Numbered from the stretch's first letter, positions 1-14,596 are shown. The stretch: 64,000 bases of DNA from Escherichia coli (GCF_003334785.1 NZ_QOWV01000013.1); one strand, 5' to 3'. A program made the numbers and translations. Notes: a model not told the origin generated them from the sequence alone.

Positions 1-1033
1 CGCCGATCATCCGCAGAAGAAAAAGTATGGCCGCGTGGAACTGGTCGGTCCGTTCTCCGTGCGTGATGGCGAAGATAATTACCAACTTTATCTGATTCGT
101 CCGGCCAGCAGTTCTCAATCCGATTTCATTAACTTACTGTTTGACCGCCCGCTATTACTGCTGATTGTCACCATGTTGGTCAGTACGCCGCTGCTGTTGT
201 GGTTGGCCTGGAGTCTGGCAAAACCGGCGCGTAAGCTGAAAAACGCTGCCGATGAAGTTGCCCAGGGAAACTTACGCCAGCACCCGGAACTGGAAGCGGG
301 GCCACAGGAATTCCTTGCCGCAGGTGCCAGTTTTAACCAGATGGTCACCGCGCTGGAGCGCATGATGACCTCTCAGCAGCGTCTGCTTTCTGATATCTCT
401 CACGAGCTGCGCACCCCGCTGACGCGTCTGCAACTGGGTACGGCGTTACTGCGCCGTCGTAGCGGTGAAAGCAAGGAACTGGAGCGTATTGAAACCGAAG
501 CGCAACGTCTGGACAGCATGATCAACGATCTGTTGGTGATGTCACGTAATCAGCAAAAAAACGCGCTGGTTAGCGAAACCATCAAAGCCAACCAGTTGTG
601 GAGTGAAGTGCTGGATAACGCGGCGTTCGAAGCCGAGCAAATGGGCAAGTCGTTGACAGTTAACTTCCCGCCTGGGCCGTGGCCGCTGTACGGCAATCCG
701 AACGCCCTGGAAAGTGCGCTGGAAAACATTGTTCGTAATGCTCTGCGTTATTCCCATACGAAGATTGAAGTGGGCTTTGCGGTAGATAAAGACGGTATCA
801 CCATTACGGTGGACGACGATGGTCCTGGCGTTAGCCCGGAAGATCGCGAACAGATTTTCCGTCCGTTCTATCGTACCGATGAAGCACGCGATCGTGAATC
901 TGGCGGTACAGGTTTGGGGCTGGCGATTGTTGAAACCGCCATTCAGCAGCATCGTGGCTGGGTGAAGGCAGAAGACAGCCCGCTGGGCGGTTTACGGCTG
1001 GTGATTTGGTTGCCGCTGTATAAGCGGAGTTAA
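1..1033 (+). CDS. cpxA: Envelope-stress sensor histidine kinase CpxA, C-terminal part (5' end outside window)
   Basis: Open frame from window edge to stop at 1031-1033; translation shows HisKA (SHELRTPLTRL) and HATPase (DDDGPGVSPEDREQIF, GGTGLGLAIV) motifs; matches recalled CpxA. Confidence 0.93.
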   Translation, partial: ADHPQKKKYGRVELVGPFSVRDGEDNYQLYLIRPASSSQSDFINLLFDRPLLLLIVTMLVSTPLLLWLAWSLAKPARKLKNAADEVAQGNLRQHPELEAGPQEFLAAGASFNQMVTALERMMTSQQRLLSDISHELRTPLTRLQLGTALLRRRSGESKELERIETEAQRLDSMINDLLVMSRNQQKNALVSETIKANQLWSEVLDNAAFEAEQMGKSLTVNFPPGPWPLYGNPNALESALENIVRNALRYSHTKIEVGFAVDKDGITITVDDDGPGVSPEDREQIFRPFYRTDEARDRESGGTGLGLAIVETAIQQHRGWVKAEDSPLGGLRLVIWLPLYKRS

Positions 1034-1045
1034 ACTTCGCATTTG

Positions 1046-1132
1046 CAGGCAGGATAAGGCGTTTACGCCGCATCCGGCATTTGAGCAGGATGCCTGATGC
1101 GACGCTGATAGCGTCTTATCAGGCCTACACTC
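1046..1132. repeat. REP/BIME palindromic units downstream of cpxA
   Basis: Imperfect palindromes gccgcatccggca and gcctgatgcgacgc...gtcttatcaggcctac typical of enterobacterial REP. Confidence 0.8.
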
Positions 1133-1138
1133 CGGGGG

Positions 1139-1813
1139 TTATTTTCCCCACAACCGGCGGGAAAAATCTTCGATCTTGCCGCTCAGTCGGCGCTTTTGCA
1201 TCGTCCGCGTCCAGCTTTTCGATAACCCGGCAGCGGAGAGTAAACGGTGATATTGATCGTCATCAAACGGCATATGCCATGCGATGGCGGCAGCCTCCTG
1301 CACGGTCACATCGCTGACACGGGAAACCAACTCCAGCGGCGCGTCCGCAGACACTTTCCCTGGCGCTATCACGCTATACAACCACCCCACCTTACCTGTG
1401 TTTTGCATCAACTGCGCTATATCGCTGATATCAAAATGGTAATTGAGTTTATAGCAAGGCGAGCGCGGCTGGCTGACCTGAATTAATGCCTCTCCCCAGC
1501 GGAAAATATCGCCCATATAAACATTACTTTCCGTCAGGCCGTCGGTTGAGAGGTTTTCACCAAACGCAGGCGCAACAAACAACTCCGCCTGTTCCGGAAA
1601 TTCCCGCGCCCAGTAGAGATAATGCTCACGAGGATAATGACACAGCGCTCTGTCTGGCCCGCCGTGAACCTTTTTCTCCGCCTGCTCGTCACCTTCCAGC
1701 CCCAGCTCCGTCAGCATCAACTCACCATCAACCTGGATTTTAGCAATTGCGCTGGGTTTGCCTTCGGGATAAGCCTGAATCTTGCCTGTGTATACATCAA
1801 CCGGATATCGCAT
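1139..1813 (-). CDS. yiiM: MOSC-domain protein YiiM
   Basis: Track ORF 1139..1843; start placed at internal Met (MRYPVDVYTG) from recalled 224-aa YiiM. Confidence 0.85.
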   Translation of the reverse strand: MRYPVDVYTGKIQAYPEGKPSAIAKIQVDGELMLTELGLEGDEQAEKKVHGGPDRALCHYPREHYLYWAREFPEQAELFVAPAFGENLSTDGLTESNVYMGDIFRWGEALIQVSQPRSPCYKLNYHFDISDIAQLMQNTGKVGWLYSVIAPGKVSADAPLELVSRVSDVTVQEAAAIAWHMPFDDDQYHRLLSAAGLSKSWTRTMQKRRLSGKIEDFSRRLWGK

Positions 1814-1961
1814 CTGTTCCCTCTCCACGAGAAATTTCCCCATTAGACCATATTTATTTTATGTCAGGCGTGCTGTTTTCGCGGTAAGTATCCAGGCAGG
1901 AACTCAATAGCAAACCGGACGAACGTTAGTTCATCCGGCTGTGGGGATTAAGGAAGCAGGT

Positions 1962-2945
1962 TTATTTCACCGTACCTAAAATTTCGATTTTCGCTGCTCT
2001 GGCTTTGACTTTACGTGACCAGATAGAGGTAAGAATTGGCACCAGAATCGAAGTCACAATGACCGCCGTCGCTACCAGCGAAGTTGCTGCCGGAGCCATC
2101 GGTTTAAACGCAGGCACCATTTCTGCAATCAGCACAGGTGTCGCTACCGCGGCCCCTGCGGAACTGGAAGCGGCAATTCCGGCAGTGCCATCGCCACCGC
2201 CAATCAATTTATCGGCGATAATCAACGGAATACCGGTCACGATAATTACTGCCACACCCAACAGGATCCCCAGCAAACCAGTCTGGGCAATCACAGTCAA
2301 ATCAATGGTATTGCCCAGCGCGAAGGCAAAGAATGGAATCAGCGTTTGCACCGCTTTGCTGAAAAATTCTCGCAATTCAGGGTCAAGGTTCCCCAGGGCA
2401 AAGCCCACCAGGAACGGTAATACTGCGCCGACGAAAACATGCGGTTCAAACGAGGCAATCCCGGCAGTGCCCAGAATAATCATCGTCATGAGCGGCCCGG
2501 ACTCCAACGACATCAACACAAATGCCCCAGCTTCTTCTTTTGTGCCGTACTGCTGCATGATGGAAGCGTAAAGTCCGCCATTGGTCATATCCATCGCCGC
2601 CACCAGCGCCAGCGTTGAAAGTCCGGCAAAGAATCCAACTTCAACACCATGTTCCGGAATAATACGCGAGGCAATTGCCGCAACCACCCACGCGACGGCA
2701 ATTTTAGTTACCACCAGCGTACCGGATTTACGCAGTACCGTTCCCGTCGCGCTTAATTTTATTGACGCCCCCATGCAAAAAAACCACACCGCCAGAATGG
2801 GCACCGTACCGGTAATCATCCCGTTGGTGAATGATCCAAAATATTTCCCCGCCCCCGGCGAGAAGGTGTGGCACAGTGCGCCAAGGAATAGCGGGACGAG
2901 CATCATCCCCCCCGGGATTTTCTCAATCGAGCGTTTTATCTGCAT
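1962..2945 (-). CDS. kdgT: 2-keto-3-deoxygluconate permease
   Basis: Track ORF 1962..2954; highly hydrophobic polytopic protein; start at [13 protein letters not shown] from recalled 327-aa KdgT. Confidence 0.9.
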
Positions 2946-3064
2946 TTCCATCACCTGTCGGCATATTTTTAAGGGCTGATGCGTAATTCCTCAATGGAGC
3001 ATCAGTGTTGATGGAAACGAAGATAGACATTCATTTAATCAATAAAAGTGATCAAAACCACATC

Positions 3065-3084
3065 AATTGAAACGCTGTTTTATT
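3065..3084. promoter_or_regulatory. Candidate KdgR operator in kdgT promoter region
   Basis: aattgaaacgctgttttatt resembles the TGAAA-N-TGTTT KdgR half-site arrangement, ~120 nt upstream of kdgT start. Confidence 0.35.
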
Positions 3085-3120
3085 TTTATCGGATCATTGT
3101 TTTTATTTTGAAATTGATCA

Positions 3121-3157
3121 CAAAAAAACCACCGCCGTTGGCGATGGTTCATTTTTT
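3121..3157 (-). terminator. Intrinsic terminator downstream of sodA (bidirectional shape)
   Basis: GC-rich hairpin accaccgcc-gtt-ggcgatggt flanked by A-run and T-run. Confidence 0.6.
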
Positions 3158-3204
3158 AAGCTGATATGCGGCCTATACGCCTCATTGCAGCAGGCGGCAA
3201 ATGA

Positions 3205-3825
3205 TTATTTTTTCGCCGCAAAACGTGCCGCTGCTTCGTCCCAGTTCACCACGTTCCAGAACTCTTTAATGTAGTCCGGACGGCGGTTCTGGAATTTCAG
3301 GTAGTAAGCATGTTCCCACACATCCAGGCCCATAATCGGGAAGCCGGAAGCGCCAGAAATAGCTTCACCCATCAGCGGAGAATCCTGGTTAGCAGTAGAA
3401 ACCACCGCCAGTTTATCGCCTTTCAGCACCAGCCATGCCCAGCCGGAACCAAAGCGGGAAGCTGCCGCTTTTTCAAATTCTGCTTTGAAGTTATCAACGG
3501 AGCCGAAGTCACGTTCGATAGCCGCTTTCAGGTCACCCTGCAGGGTGGTGCCTTTTTTCAGACCTTTCCAGAACAGGCTGTGGTTAGCGTGACCGCCAGC
3601 GTTGTTGCGCAGTACGGTTTTCTTGTCTGCTGGCAGCTGGTCCAGTTTGGTGATCAGCTCTTCAACCGGCAGGTTGGCAAATTCTGGCAGGCTTTCCAGC
3701 GCCGCGTTGGCGTTGTTTACGTAGGTCTGATGGTGTTTGGTGTGGTGGATTTCCATGGTCTGCTTATCGAAGTGCGGTTCCAGGGCATCGTAAGCATACG
3801 GCAGGGATGGCAGGGTATAGCTCAT
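3205..3825 (-). CDS. sodA: Manganese superoxide dismutase
   Basis: Track ORF 3205..3831; translation [20 protein letters not shown]...; Fe/Mn-SOD motifs ([14 protein letters not shown]). Confidence 0.95.
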   Translation of the reverse strand: MSYTLPSLPYAYDALEPHFDKQTMEIHHTKHHQTYVNNANAALESLPEFANLPVEELITKLDQLPADKKTVLRNNAGGHANHSLFWKGLKKGTTLQGDLKAAIERDFGSVDNFKAEFEKAAASRFGSGWAWLVLKGDKLAVVSTANQDSPLMGEAISGASGFPIMGLDVWEHAYYLKFQNRRPDYIKEFWNVVNWDEAAARFAAKK

Positions 3826-3896
3826 ATTCATCTCCAGTATTGTCGGGCGGCCGATTGTTAATGCCGCGTAAGCAGTTGGTTCATTATAGTTAATTA

Positions 3897-3922
3897 AATG
3901 ATATTGAAAATGATTATCAATG
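3897..3922. promoter_or_regulatory. Candidate Fur box in sodA promoter
   Basis: aatgatattgaaaatgattatcaatg resembles the GATAATGATAATCATTATC Fur consensus; sits in the sodA-rhaT divergent intergenic region. Confidence 0.4.
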
Positions 3923-4109
3923 CCGTACTTTTCGTAAGGGTATGGTTTTGCAGGAAAATGCCCGAGATGTGAAGCAAATCACCCACTTAATGCCGTGATT
4001 GCCAGTAAATCGACAACGGCGGCAACAGGCGAAAGGTTAATCGACAGCACGATTTTTACACTCATCTCGTCGGAGATGTGACGCGACGAAAAATGATGAG
4101 GATAAGAAG

Positions 4110-5144
4110 ATGAGTAACGCGATTACGATGGGGATATTTTGGCATTTGATCGGCGCGGCCAGTGCAGCCTGTTTTTACGCTCCGTTCAAAAAAGTAAAAA
4201 AATGGTCATGGGAAACCATGTGGTCAGTCGGTGGGATTGTTTCGTGGATTATTCTGCCGTGGGCCATCAGCGCCCTGTTACTACCGAATTTCTGGGCGTA
4301 TTACAGCTCGTTTAGTCTCTCTACGCTACTGCCTGTTTTTCTGTTCGGCGCTATGTGGGGGATCGGTAATATCAACTACGGCCTGACCATGCGTTATCTC
4401 GGCATGTCGATGGGAATTGGCATCGCCATTGGCATTACGTTGATTGTCGGTACGCTGATGACGCCAATTATCAACGGCAATTTCGATGTGTTGATTAGCA
4501 CCGAAGGCGGACGCATGACGTTGCTCGGCGTTCTGGTGGCGCTGATTGGCGTAGGGATTGTAACTCGCGCCGGGCAGTTGAAAGAGCGCAAGATGGGCAT
4601 TAAAGCCGAAGAGTTCAATCTGAAAAAAGGGCTGGTGCTGGCGGTGATGTGCGGCATTTTCTCTGCCGGGATGTCCTTTGCGATGAACGCCGCAAAACCG
4701 ATGCATGAAGCCGCTGCCGCACTTGGCGTCGATCCACTGTATGTCGCTCTGCCAAGCTATGTTGTCATCATGGGCGGCGGCGCGATCATTAACCTCGGTT
4801 TCTGTTTTATTCGTCTGGCAAAAGTGAAGGATTTGTCGCTAAAAGCCGACTTCTCGCTGGCAAAATCGCTGATCATTCACAATGTGTTACTCTCGACACT
4901 GGGCGGGTTGATGTGGTATCTGCAATTCTTTTTCTATGCCTGGGGCCACGCCCGCATTCCGGCGCAGTATGACTACATCAGTTGGATGCTGCATATGAGT
5001 TTCTATGTATTGTGCGGCGGTATCGTCGGGCTGGTGCTGAAAGAGTGGAACAATGCAGGACGCCGTCCGGTAACGGTGTTGAGCCTCGGTTGTGTGGTGA
5101 TTATTGTCGCCGCTAACATCGTCGGCATCGGCATGGCGAATTAA
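4110..5144 (+). CDS. rhaT: L-rhamnose:proton symporter
   Basis: 344-aa polytopic membrane protein; matches recalled RhaT; adjacent to rhaSR. Confidence 0.92.
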   Translation: MSNAITMGIFWHLIGAASAACFYAPFKKVKKWSWETMWSVGGIVSWIILPWAISALLLPNFWAYYSSFSLSTLLPVFLFGAMWGIGNINYGLTMRYLGMSMGIGIAIGITLIVGTLMTPIINGNFDVLISTEGGRMTLLGVLVALIGVGIVTRAGQLKERKMGIKAEEFNLKKGLVLAVMCGIFSAGMSFAMNAAKPMHEAAAALGVDPLYVALPSYVVIMGGGAIINLGFCFIRLAKVKDLSLKADFSLAKSLIIHNVLLSTLGGLMWYLQFFFYAWGHARIPAQYDYISWMLHMSFYVLCGGIVGLVLKEWNNAGRRPVTVLSLGCVVIIVAANIVGIGMAN

Positions 5145-5989
5145 TCTTTCTGCGAATTGAGATGACGCCACTGGCTGGGCGTCATCCCGGTTTCCCGGGT
5201 AAACACCACCGAAAAATAGTTACTATCTTCAAAGCCACATTCGGTCGAAATATCACTGATTAACAGGCGGCTATGCTGGAGAAGATATTGCGCATGACAC
5301 ACTCTGACCTGTCGCAGATATTGATTGATGGTCATTCCAGTCTGCTGGCGAAATTGCTGACGCAAAACGCGCTCACTGCACGATGCCTCATCACAAAATT
5401 TATCCAGCGCAAAGGGACTTTTCAGGCTAGCCGCCAGCCGGGTAATCAGCTTATCCAGCAACGTTTCGCTGGATGTTGGCGGCAACGAATCACTGGTGTA
5501 ACGATGGCGATTCAGCAACATCACCAACTGCCCGAACAGCAACTCAGCCATTTCGTTAGCAAACGGCACATGCTGACTACTTTCATGCTCAAGCTGACCG
5601 ATAACCTGCCGCGCCTGCGCCATCCCCATGCTACCTAAGCGCCAGTGTGGTTGCCCTGCGCTGGCGTTAAATCCCGGAATCGCCCCCTGCCAGTCAAGAT
5701 TCAGCTTCAGACGCTCCGGGCAATAAATAATATTCTGCAAAACCAGATCGTTAACGGAAGCGTAGGAGTGTTTATCGTCAGCATGAATGTAAAAGAGATC
5801 GCCACGGGTAATGCGATAAGGGCGATCGTTGAGTACATGCAGGCCATTACCGCGCCAGACAATCACCAGCTCACAAAAATCATGTGTATGTTCAGCAAAG
5901 ACATCTTGCGGATAACGGTCAGCCACAGCGACTGCCTGCTGGTCGCTGGCAAAAAAATCATCTTTGAGAAGTTTTAACTGATGCGCCAC
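5141..5989 (-). CDS. rhaR: AraC-family activator RhaR
   Basis: Track ORF 5141..6163 is an over-extension; recalled RhaR is 282 aa from a GTG start (alternative ATG at 6079 gives 312 aa); C-terminal AraC HTH. Confidence 0.85.
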   Translation of the reverse strand: MAHQLKLLKDDFFASDQQAVAVADRYPQDVFAEHTHDFCELVIVWRGNGLHVLNDRPYRITRGDLFYIHADDKHSYASVNDLVLQNIIYCPERLKLNLDWQGAIPGFNASAGQPHWRLGSMGMAQARQVIGQLEHESSQHVPFANEMAELLFGQLVMLLNRHRYTSDSLPPTSSETLLDKLITRLAASLKSPFALDKFCDEASCSERVLRQQFRQQTGMTINQYLRQVRVCHAQYLLQHSRLLISDISTECGFEDSNYFSVVFTRETGMTPSQWRHLNSQKD

Positions 5990-6062
5990 CGTGGCTACCT
6001 CGGCCAGAGAACGAAGTTGATTATTCGCAATATGGCGTACAAATACGTTGAGAAGATTCGCG

Positions 6063-6899
6063 TTATTGCAGAAAGCCATCCCGTCCCTGGCGAATATCAC
6101 GCGGTGACCAGTTAAACTCTCGGCGAAAAAGCGTCGAAAAGTGGTTACTGTCGCTGAATCCACAGCGATAGGCGATGTCAGTAACGCTGGCCTCGCTGTG
6201 GCGTAGCAGATGTCGGGCTTTCATCAGTCGCAGGCGGTTCAGGTATCGCTGAGGCGTCAGTCCCGTTTGCTGCTTAAGCTGCCGATGTAGCGTACGCAGT
6301 GAAAGAGAAAATTGATCCGCCACGGCATCCCAATTCACCTCATCGGCAAAATGGTCCTCCAGCCAGGCCAGAAGCAAGTTGAGACGTGATGCGCTGTTTT
6401 CCAGGTTCTCCTGCAAACTGCTTTTACACAGCAAGAGCAGTAATTGCATAAACAAGATCTCGCGACTGGCGGTCGAGGGTAAATCATTTTCCCCTTCCTG
6501 CTGTTCCATCTGTGCAACCAGCTGTCGCACCTGCTGCAATACGCTGTGGTTAACGCGCCAGTGAGACGGATACTGCCCATCCAGCTCTTGTGGCAGCAAC
6601 TGATTCAGCCCGGCGAGAAACTGAAATCGATCCGGCGAGCGATACAGCACATTGGTCAGACACAGATTATCGGTATGTTCATACAGATGCCGATCATGAT
6701 CGCGTACGAAACAGACCGTGCCACCGGTGATGGTATAGGGCTGCCCATTAAACACATGAATACCCGTGCCATGTTCGACAATCACAATTTCATGAAAATC
6801 ATGATGATGTTCAGGAAAATCCGCCTGCGGGAGCCGGGGTTCTATCGCCACGGACGCGTTACCAGACGGAAAAAAATCCACACTATGTAATACGGTCAT
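6063..6899 (-). CDS. rhaS: AraC-family activator RhaS
   Basis: 278-aa [26 protein letters not shown]... with C-terminal AraC HTH. Confidence 0.93.
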   Translation of the reverse strand: MTVLHSVDFFPSGNASVAIEPRLPQADFPEHHHDFHEIVIVEHGTGIHVFNGQPYTITGGTVCFVRDHDRHLYEHTDNLCLTNVLYRSPDRFQFLAGLNQLLPQELDGQYPSHWRVNHSVLQQVRQLVAQMEQQEGENDLPSTASREILFMQLLLLLCKSSLQENLENSASRLNLLLAWLEDHFADEVNWDAVADQFSLSLRTLHRQLKQQTGLTPQRYLNRLRLMKARHLLRHSEASVTDIAYRCGFSDSNHFSTLFRREFNWSPRDIRQGRDGFLQ

Positions 6900-7062
6900 A
6901 CTGGCCTCCTGATGTCGTCAACACGGCGAAATAGTAATCACGAGGTCAGGTTCTTACCTTAAATTTTCGACGGAAAACCACGTAAAAAACGTCGATTTTT
7001 CAAGATACAGCGTGAATTTTCAGGAAATGCGGTGAGCATCACATCACCACAATTCAGCAAAT

Positions 7063-9912
<2,850 letters not shown>

Positions 9913-9915
9913 ACA

Positions 9916-10140
9916 CTGCCGGATGCGGCGCGAGCGCCTTATCCGGCCTACGGGTCGGCAACAGTTGTAGGCCTGATAAGACGCGACAGCGTCGCATCAG
10001 GCATTGATTGCCGGATGCGGCACAAGTGCCTTATCCGGCCTACAGGTCGGCAATAGTTGTAGGCCTGATAAGACGCGACAGCGTCGCATCAGGCATTGAT
10101 TGCCGGATGCGGCGCGAGCGCCTTATCCGGCCTACGGGTC
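9916..10140. repeat. BIME cluster (tandem REP units) between rhaA and rhaD
   Basis: Three near-identical copies of gccggatgcggcgcgagcgccttatccggcctac alternating with gtaggcctgataagacgcgacagcgtcgcatcaggca. Confidence 0.9.
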
Positions 10141-10178
10141 GTGCATCCGACAACACCGAATTTACAGGAACACAGAAC

Positions 10179-11003
10179 ATGCAAAACATTACTCAGTCCT
10201 GGTTTGTCCAGGGAATGATCAAAGCCACCACCGACGCCTGGCTGAAAGGCTGGGATGAGCGCAACGGCGGCAACCTGACGCTACGCCTGGATGACGCCGA
10301 TATCGCACCATATCACGACAATTTCCACCAACAACCGCGCTATATCCCGCTCAGCCAGCCCATGCCTTTACTGGCAAATACACCGTTTATTGTCACCGGC
10401 TCGGGCAAATTCTTCCGTAACGTCCAGCTTGATCCTGCGGCTAACTTAGGCATCGTAAAAGTCGACAGCGACGGCGCGGGCTACCACATTCTTTGGGGGT
10501 TAACCAACGAAGCCGTCCCCACTTCCGAACTTCCGGCTCACTTCCTTTCCCACTGCGAGCGCATTAAAGCCACCAACGGCAAAGATCGGGTGATCATGCA
10601 CTGCCACGCCACCAACCTGATCGCCCTCACCTATGTACTTGAAAACGACACCGCGGTCTTCACTCGCCAACTGTGGGAAGGCAGCACCGAGTGTCTGGTG
10701 GTATTCCCGGATGGCGTTGGCATTTTGCCGTGGATGGTGCCCGGCACGGACGAAATCGGCCAGGCGACCGCACAAGAGATGCAAAAACATTCGCTGGTGT
10801 TGTGGCCCTTCCACGGCGTCTTCGGCAGCGGACCGACGCTGGATGAAACCTTCGGTTTAATCGACACCGCAGAAAAATCAGCACAAGTATTAGTGAAGGT
10901 TTATTCGATGGGCGGCATGAAACAGACCATCAGCCGTGAAGAGTTGATAGCGCTCGGCAAGCGTTTCGGCGTTACGCCACTCGCCAGTGCGCTGGCGCTG
11001 TAA
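10179..11003 (+). CDS. rhaD: Rhamnulose-1-phosphate aldolase
   Basis: Track ORF 10008..11003 runs back into the REP cluster; true start at atgcaaaacatt ([15 protein letters not shown]), 274 aa. Confidence 0.92.
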
Positions 11004-11012
11004 GGAGCAAAC

Positions 11013-11327
11013 ATGATCCGCAAAGCCTTTGTCATGCAGGTAAACCCCGACGCCCACGAAGAGTATCAGCGTCGGCATAATCCCATCTGGCCAGAACTGG
11101 AAGCAGTGCTGAAATCTCACGGTGCGCATAACTACGCCATCTATCTCGACAAAGCGCGTAATCTGCTGTTTGCCATGGTAGAGATTGAATCTGAAGAACG
11201 CTGGAATGCGGTTGCCAGCACTGATGTTTGCCAACGTTGGTGGAAATATATGACCGATGTTATGCCCGCTAACCCGGATAACAGCCCGGTGAGTAGCGAG
11301 CTGCAAGAAGTGTTTTACCTGCCGTAA
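11013..11327 (+). CDS. rhaM: L-rhamnose mutarotase
   Basis: 104-aa ORF immediately after rhaD. Confidence 0.9.
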
Positions 11328-11627
11328 TTGCCCAATGTGCCAGAGATGCCTCCGGCACAATATTTTAAATTTCGATTTGAAAAATTAAACATATTACATC
11401 TCCCGGTAAGTTATATTTCCCTGATACATTGTGAGTAAATCACAAAAATAATGAATAACCCATTAATGATTCATGTGGTTTATTTAAATAACCATTATGT
11501 GCATTACTCCGCAAATCTGACCTTTCACTCTGTCTCAAATTGTCATTGTTTACCGACATATCGCCTCTCATCACTTAATCGCTCCACCATTACAATTGAT
11601 TAAAATATATTTTATGGAGTCCGATTA

Positions 11628-12074
11628 ATGGCAGCTCTTACTGCAAGCTGTATTGACCTGAATATTCAGGGCAATGGCGCTTATTCCGTTCTGAAGCAGT
11701 TGGCGACAATAGCGTTACAAAACGGTTTTATCACCGACTCACACCAGTTCCTGCAAACCCTGCTGCTGCGCGAAAAAATGCACTCTACTGGATTTGGTTC
11801 CGGTGTCGCCGTGCCGCACGGTAAAAGCGCCTGCGTTAAACAACCGTTCGTATTATTCGCCCGCAAAGCGCAGGCTATTGACTGGAAAGCCAGCGATGGC
11901 GAAGACGTCAATTGCTGGATCTGCCTCGGCGTGCCGCAAAGCGGCGAAGAGGATCAGGTCAAAATCATCGGCACACTGTGTCGCAAAATTATTCACAAGG
12001 AATTTATTCATCAACTGCAACAGGGCGATACCGACCAGGTGCTTGCCTTGTTAAATCAAACCCTCAGCTCATAA
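11628..12074 (+). CDS. frvA: PTS fructose-like EIIA component
   Basis: 148-aa ORF; position and size match recalled FrvA. Confidence 0.88.
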   Translation: MAALTASCIDLNIQGNGAYSVLKQLATIALQNGFITDSHQFLQTLLLREKMHSTGFGSGVAVPHGKSACVKQPFVLFARKAQAIDWKASDGEDVNCWICLGVPQSGEEDQVKIIGTLCRKIIHKEFIHQLQQGDTDQVLALLNQTLSS

Positions 12075-12084
12075 GGAAGTGGCG

Positions 12085-13536
12085 ATGGAGTCATCCTTAC
12101 GTATTGTCGCGATCACCAACTGCCCCGCCGGGATCGCTCACACCTACATGGTGGCGGAAGCCCTGGAACAGAAAGCCCGTTCTCTCGGTCATACCATAAA
12201 AGTGGAAACTCAAGGGTCCAGTGGCGTTGAAAACCGCTTATCCAGCGAAGAGATTGCCGCTGCCGATTACGTCATTCTCGCTACCGGGCGTGGCCTGAGC
12301 GGTGATGATCGCGCGCGGTTTGCCGGGAAGAAAGTTTATGAGATTGCCATCTCCCAGGCGTTGAAAAATATCGACCAGATTTTCAGCGAATTACCGACAA
12401 ACTCGCAGCTTTTTGCCGCAGATAGCGGCGTGAAGCTTGGCAAACAGGAAGTGCAAAGCGGTAGCGTGATGAGCCACCTGATGGCGGGCGTCTCTGCGGC
12501 GCTGCCGTTTGTCATCGGCGGTGGTATCCTGGTGGCGCTTGCCAACATGCTGGTGCAGTTCGGTTTGCCGTATACCGATATGTCGAAAGGCGCGCCGTCG
12601 TTTACCTGGGTAGTTGAATCCATCGGTTACCTTGGCTTCACCTTTATGATCCCCATCATGGGCGCTTATATTGCCTCGTCGATTGCCGATAAACCGGCTT
12701 TCGCTCCGGCGTTTCTGGTTTGCTATCTGGCGAACGACAAAGCGCTGCTCGGCACCCAGTCGGGTGCGGGATTCCTCGGCGCGGTGGTGCTGGGGCTGGC
12801 GATTGGCTATTTCGTCTTCTGGTTCCGCAAAGTGCGCCTTGGCAAAGCATTACAACCGCTGCTCGGTTCAATGCTGATCCCGTTCGTTACTCTGCTGGTT
12901 TTCGGCGTGCTCACTTACTACGTTATCGGGCCGGTGATGTCCGACCTCATGGGCGGGCTGCTCCACTTCCTGAATACCATTCCTCCATCAATGAAGTTTG
13001 CGGCAGCGTTTCTGGTCGGTGCGATGCTGGCGTTCGATATGGGCGGCCCCATCAATAAAACCGCCTGGTTCTTCTGCTTCTCACTGCTGGAAAAACACAT
13101 TTATGACTGGTACGCCATCGTCGGCGTTGTCGCGCTGATGCCGCCCGTCGCGGCGGGTCTTGCGACGTTCATTGCGCCCAAACTGTTTACCCGACAGGAA
13201 AAAGAGGCTGCCAGTAGTGCCATTGTGGTCGGTGCCACAGTCGCAACCGAACCGGCTATTCCTTACGCTCTGGCAGCTCCGTTGCCGATGATTACCGCCA
13301 ATACGCTGGCGGGCGGCATTACCGGCGTGCTGGTGATCGCTTTCGGAATCAAACGTCTGGCACCTGGTTTGGGTATCTTTGACCCGCTGATCGGCCTGAT
13401 GTCGCCGGTGGGTTCGTTTTATCTGGTGCTGGCGATTGGCCTCGCGCTGAACATTTCATTCATTATCGTCCTGAAAGGATTGTGGTTACGCCGCAAAGCG
13501 AAAGCCGCGCAACAGGAGCTTGTCCATGAACATTGA
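12085..13536 (+). CDS. frvB: PTS fructose-like EIIBC component
   Basis: Track ORF 12079..13536; N-terminal EIIB-like region then polytopic EIIC. Confidence 0.88.
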   Translation: MESSLRIVAITNCPAGIAHTYMVAEALEQKARSLGHTIKVETQGSSGVENRLSSEEIAAADYVILATGRGLSGDDRARFAGKKVYEIAISQALKNIDQIFSELPTNSQLFAADSGVKLGKQEVQSGSVMSHLMAGVSAALPFVIGGGILVALANMLVQFGLPYTDMSKGAPSFTWVVESIGYLGFTFMIPIMGAYIASSIADKPAFAPAFLVCYLANDKALLGTQSGAGFLGAVVLGLAIGYFVFWFRKVRLGKALQPLLGSMLIPFVTLLVFGVLTYYVIGPVMSDLMGGLLHFLNTIPPSMKFAAAFLVGAMLAFDMGGPINKTAWFFCFSLLEKHIYDWYAIVGVVALMPPVAAGLATFIAPKLFTRQEKEAASSAIVVGATVATEPAIPYALAAPLPMITANTLAGGITGVLVIAFGIKRLAPGLGIFDPLIGLMSPVGSFYLVLAIGLALNISFIIVLKGLWLRRKAKAAQQELVHEH

Positions 13537-14596
13537 GTTACTGCAACAGTTGTGCGAAGCCAGCGCCGTCAGCGGCGATGAACAGGAAGTTCGCGACATT
13601 CTGATAAACACGCTGGAACCTTGCGTGAATGAAATCACCTTCGATGGTCTGGGCAGCTTTGTTGCCCGTAAGGGGAATAAAGGTCCAAAAGTTGCCGTTG
13701 TCGGACATATGGATGAAGTCGGCTTTATGGTCACCCACATCGACGAGAGCGGTTTTCTGCGTTTTACCACCATTGGCGGCTGGTGGAATCAGTCGATGCT
13801 CAACCACCGGGTAACCATACGCACACACAAGGGAGTGAAAATCCCTGGTGTGATTGGTTCCGTCGCGCCTCATGCGTTAACGGAAAAGCAAAAGCAACAA
13901 CCGCTGTCATTTGATGAGATGTTCATTGATATTGGCGCGAACAGTCGCGAAGAGGTGGAAAAGCGCGGCGTGGAAATTGGTAATTTTATTAGCCCGGAAG
14001 CCAATTTTGCCTGCTGGGGCGAAGATAAAGTGGTCGGCAAGGCGTTGGATAACCGCATCGGCTGCGCAATGATGGCTGAACTATTGCAGACGGTGAATAA
14101 TCCCGAAATTACGCTGTATGGCGTTGGCAGTGTGGAAGAAGAAGTTGGGCTACGCGGGGCGCAAACCTCGGCGGAACACATTAAACCGGACGTCGTGATC
14201 GTGTTGGATACCGCCGTAGCGGGCGATGTTCCGGGCATTGATAACATTAAATACCCGCTGAAACTGGGCCAGGGGCCGGGGCTGATGCTGTTTGACAAGC
14301 GCTACTTCCCCAACCAGAAACTGGTAGCAGCGTTAAAAAGCTGTGCCGCACATAACGATTTACCGCTGCAATTTTCCACCATGAAAACCGGTGCGACGGA
14401 TGGCGGGCGCTACAACGTGATGGGCGGCGGGCGTCCGGTTGTCGCGCTGTGTCTGCCAACTCGTTATCTGCACGCCAACAGCGGTATGATTTCAAAAGCC
14501 GATTACGAAGCTCTGCTCACGCTGATACGGGGTTTTCTGACGACCTTAACTGCGGAGAAAGTCAACGCGTTTAGCCAGTTCCGTCAGGTGGATTAA
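13526..14596 (+). CDS. frvX: M42-family peptidase-like protein FrvX
   Basis: Track ORF 13520..14596; start at MNIELLQQLCEASAVSGDEQEVR. Confidence 0.88.
   Translation: MNIELLQQLCEASAVSGDEQEVRDILINTLEPCVNEITFDGLGSFVARKGNKGPKVAVVGHMDEVGFMVTHIDESGFLRFTTIGGWWNQSMLNHRVTIRTHKGVKIPGVIGSVAPHALTEKQKQQPLSFDEMFIDIGANSREEVEKRGVEIGNFISPEANFACWGEDKVVGKALDNRIGCAMMAELLQTVNNPEITLYGVGSVEEEVGLRGAQTSAEHIKPDVVIVLDTAVAGDVPGIDNIKYPLKLGQGPGLMLFDKRYFPNQKLVAALKSCAAHNDLPLQFSTMKTGATDGGRYNVMGGGRPVVALCLPTRYLHANSGMISKADYEALLTLIRGFLTTLTAEKVNAFSQFRQVD

Noticed and set aside
5990-6163. N-terminal extension of rhaR overlapping the rhaS 3' end
   Set aside because: The 340-aa track ORF only reflects absence of an upstream stop; recalled RhaR starts further in (282 aa, or 312 aa from the ATG at 6079).
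10008-10178. N-terminal extension of rhaD in the ORF track
   Set aside because: The extension is translated REP/BIME repeat sequence; the real start with a ribosome-binding site is at 10179.
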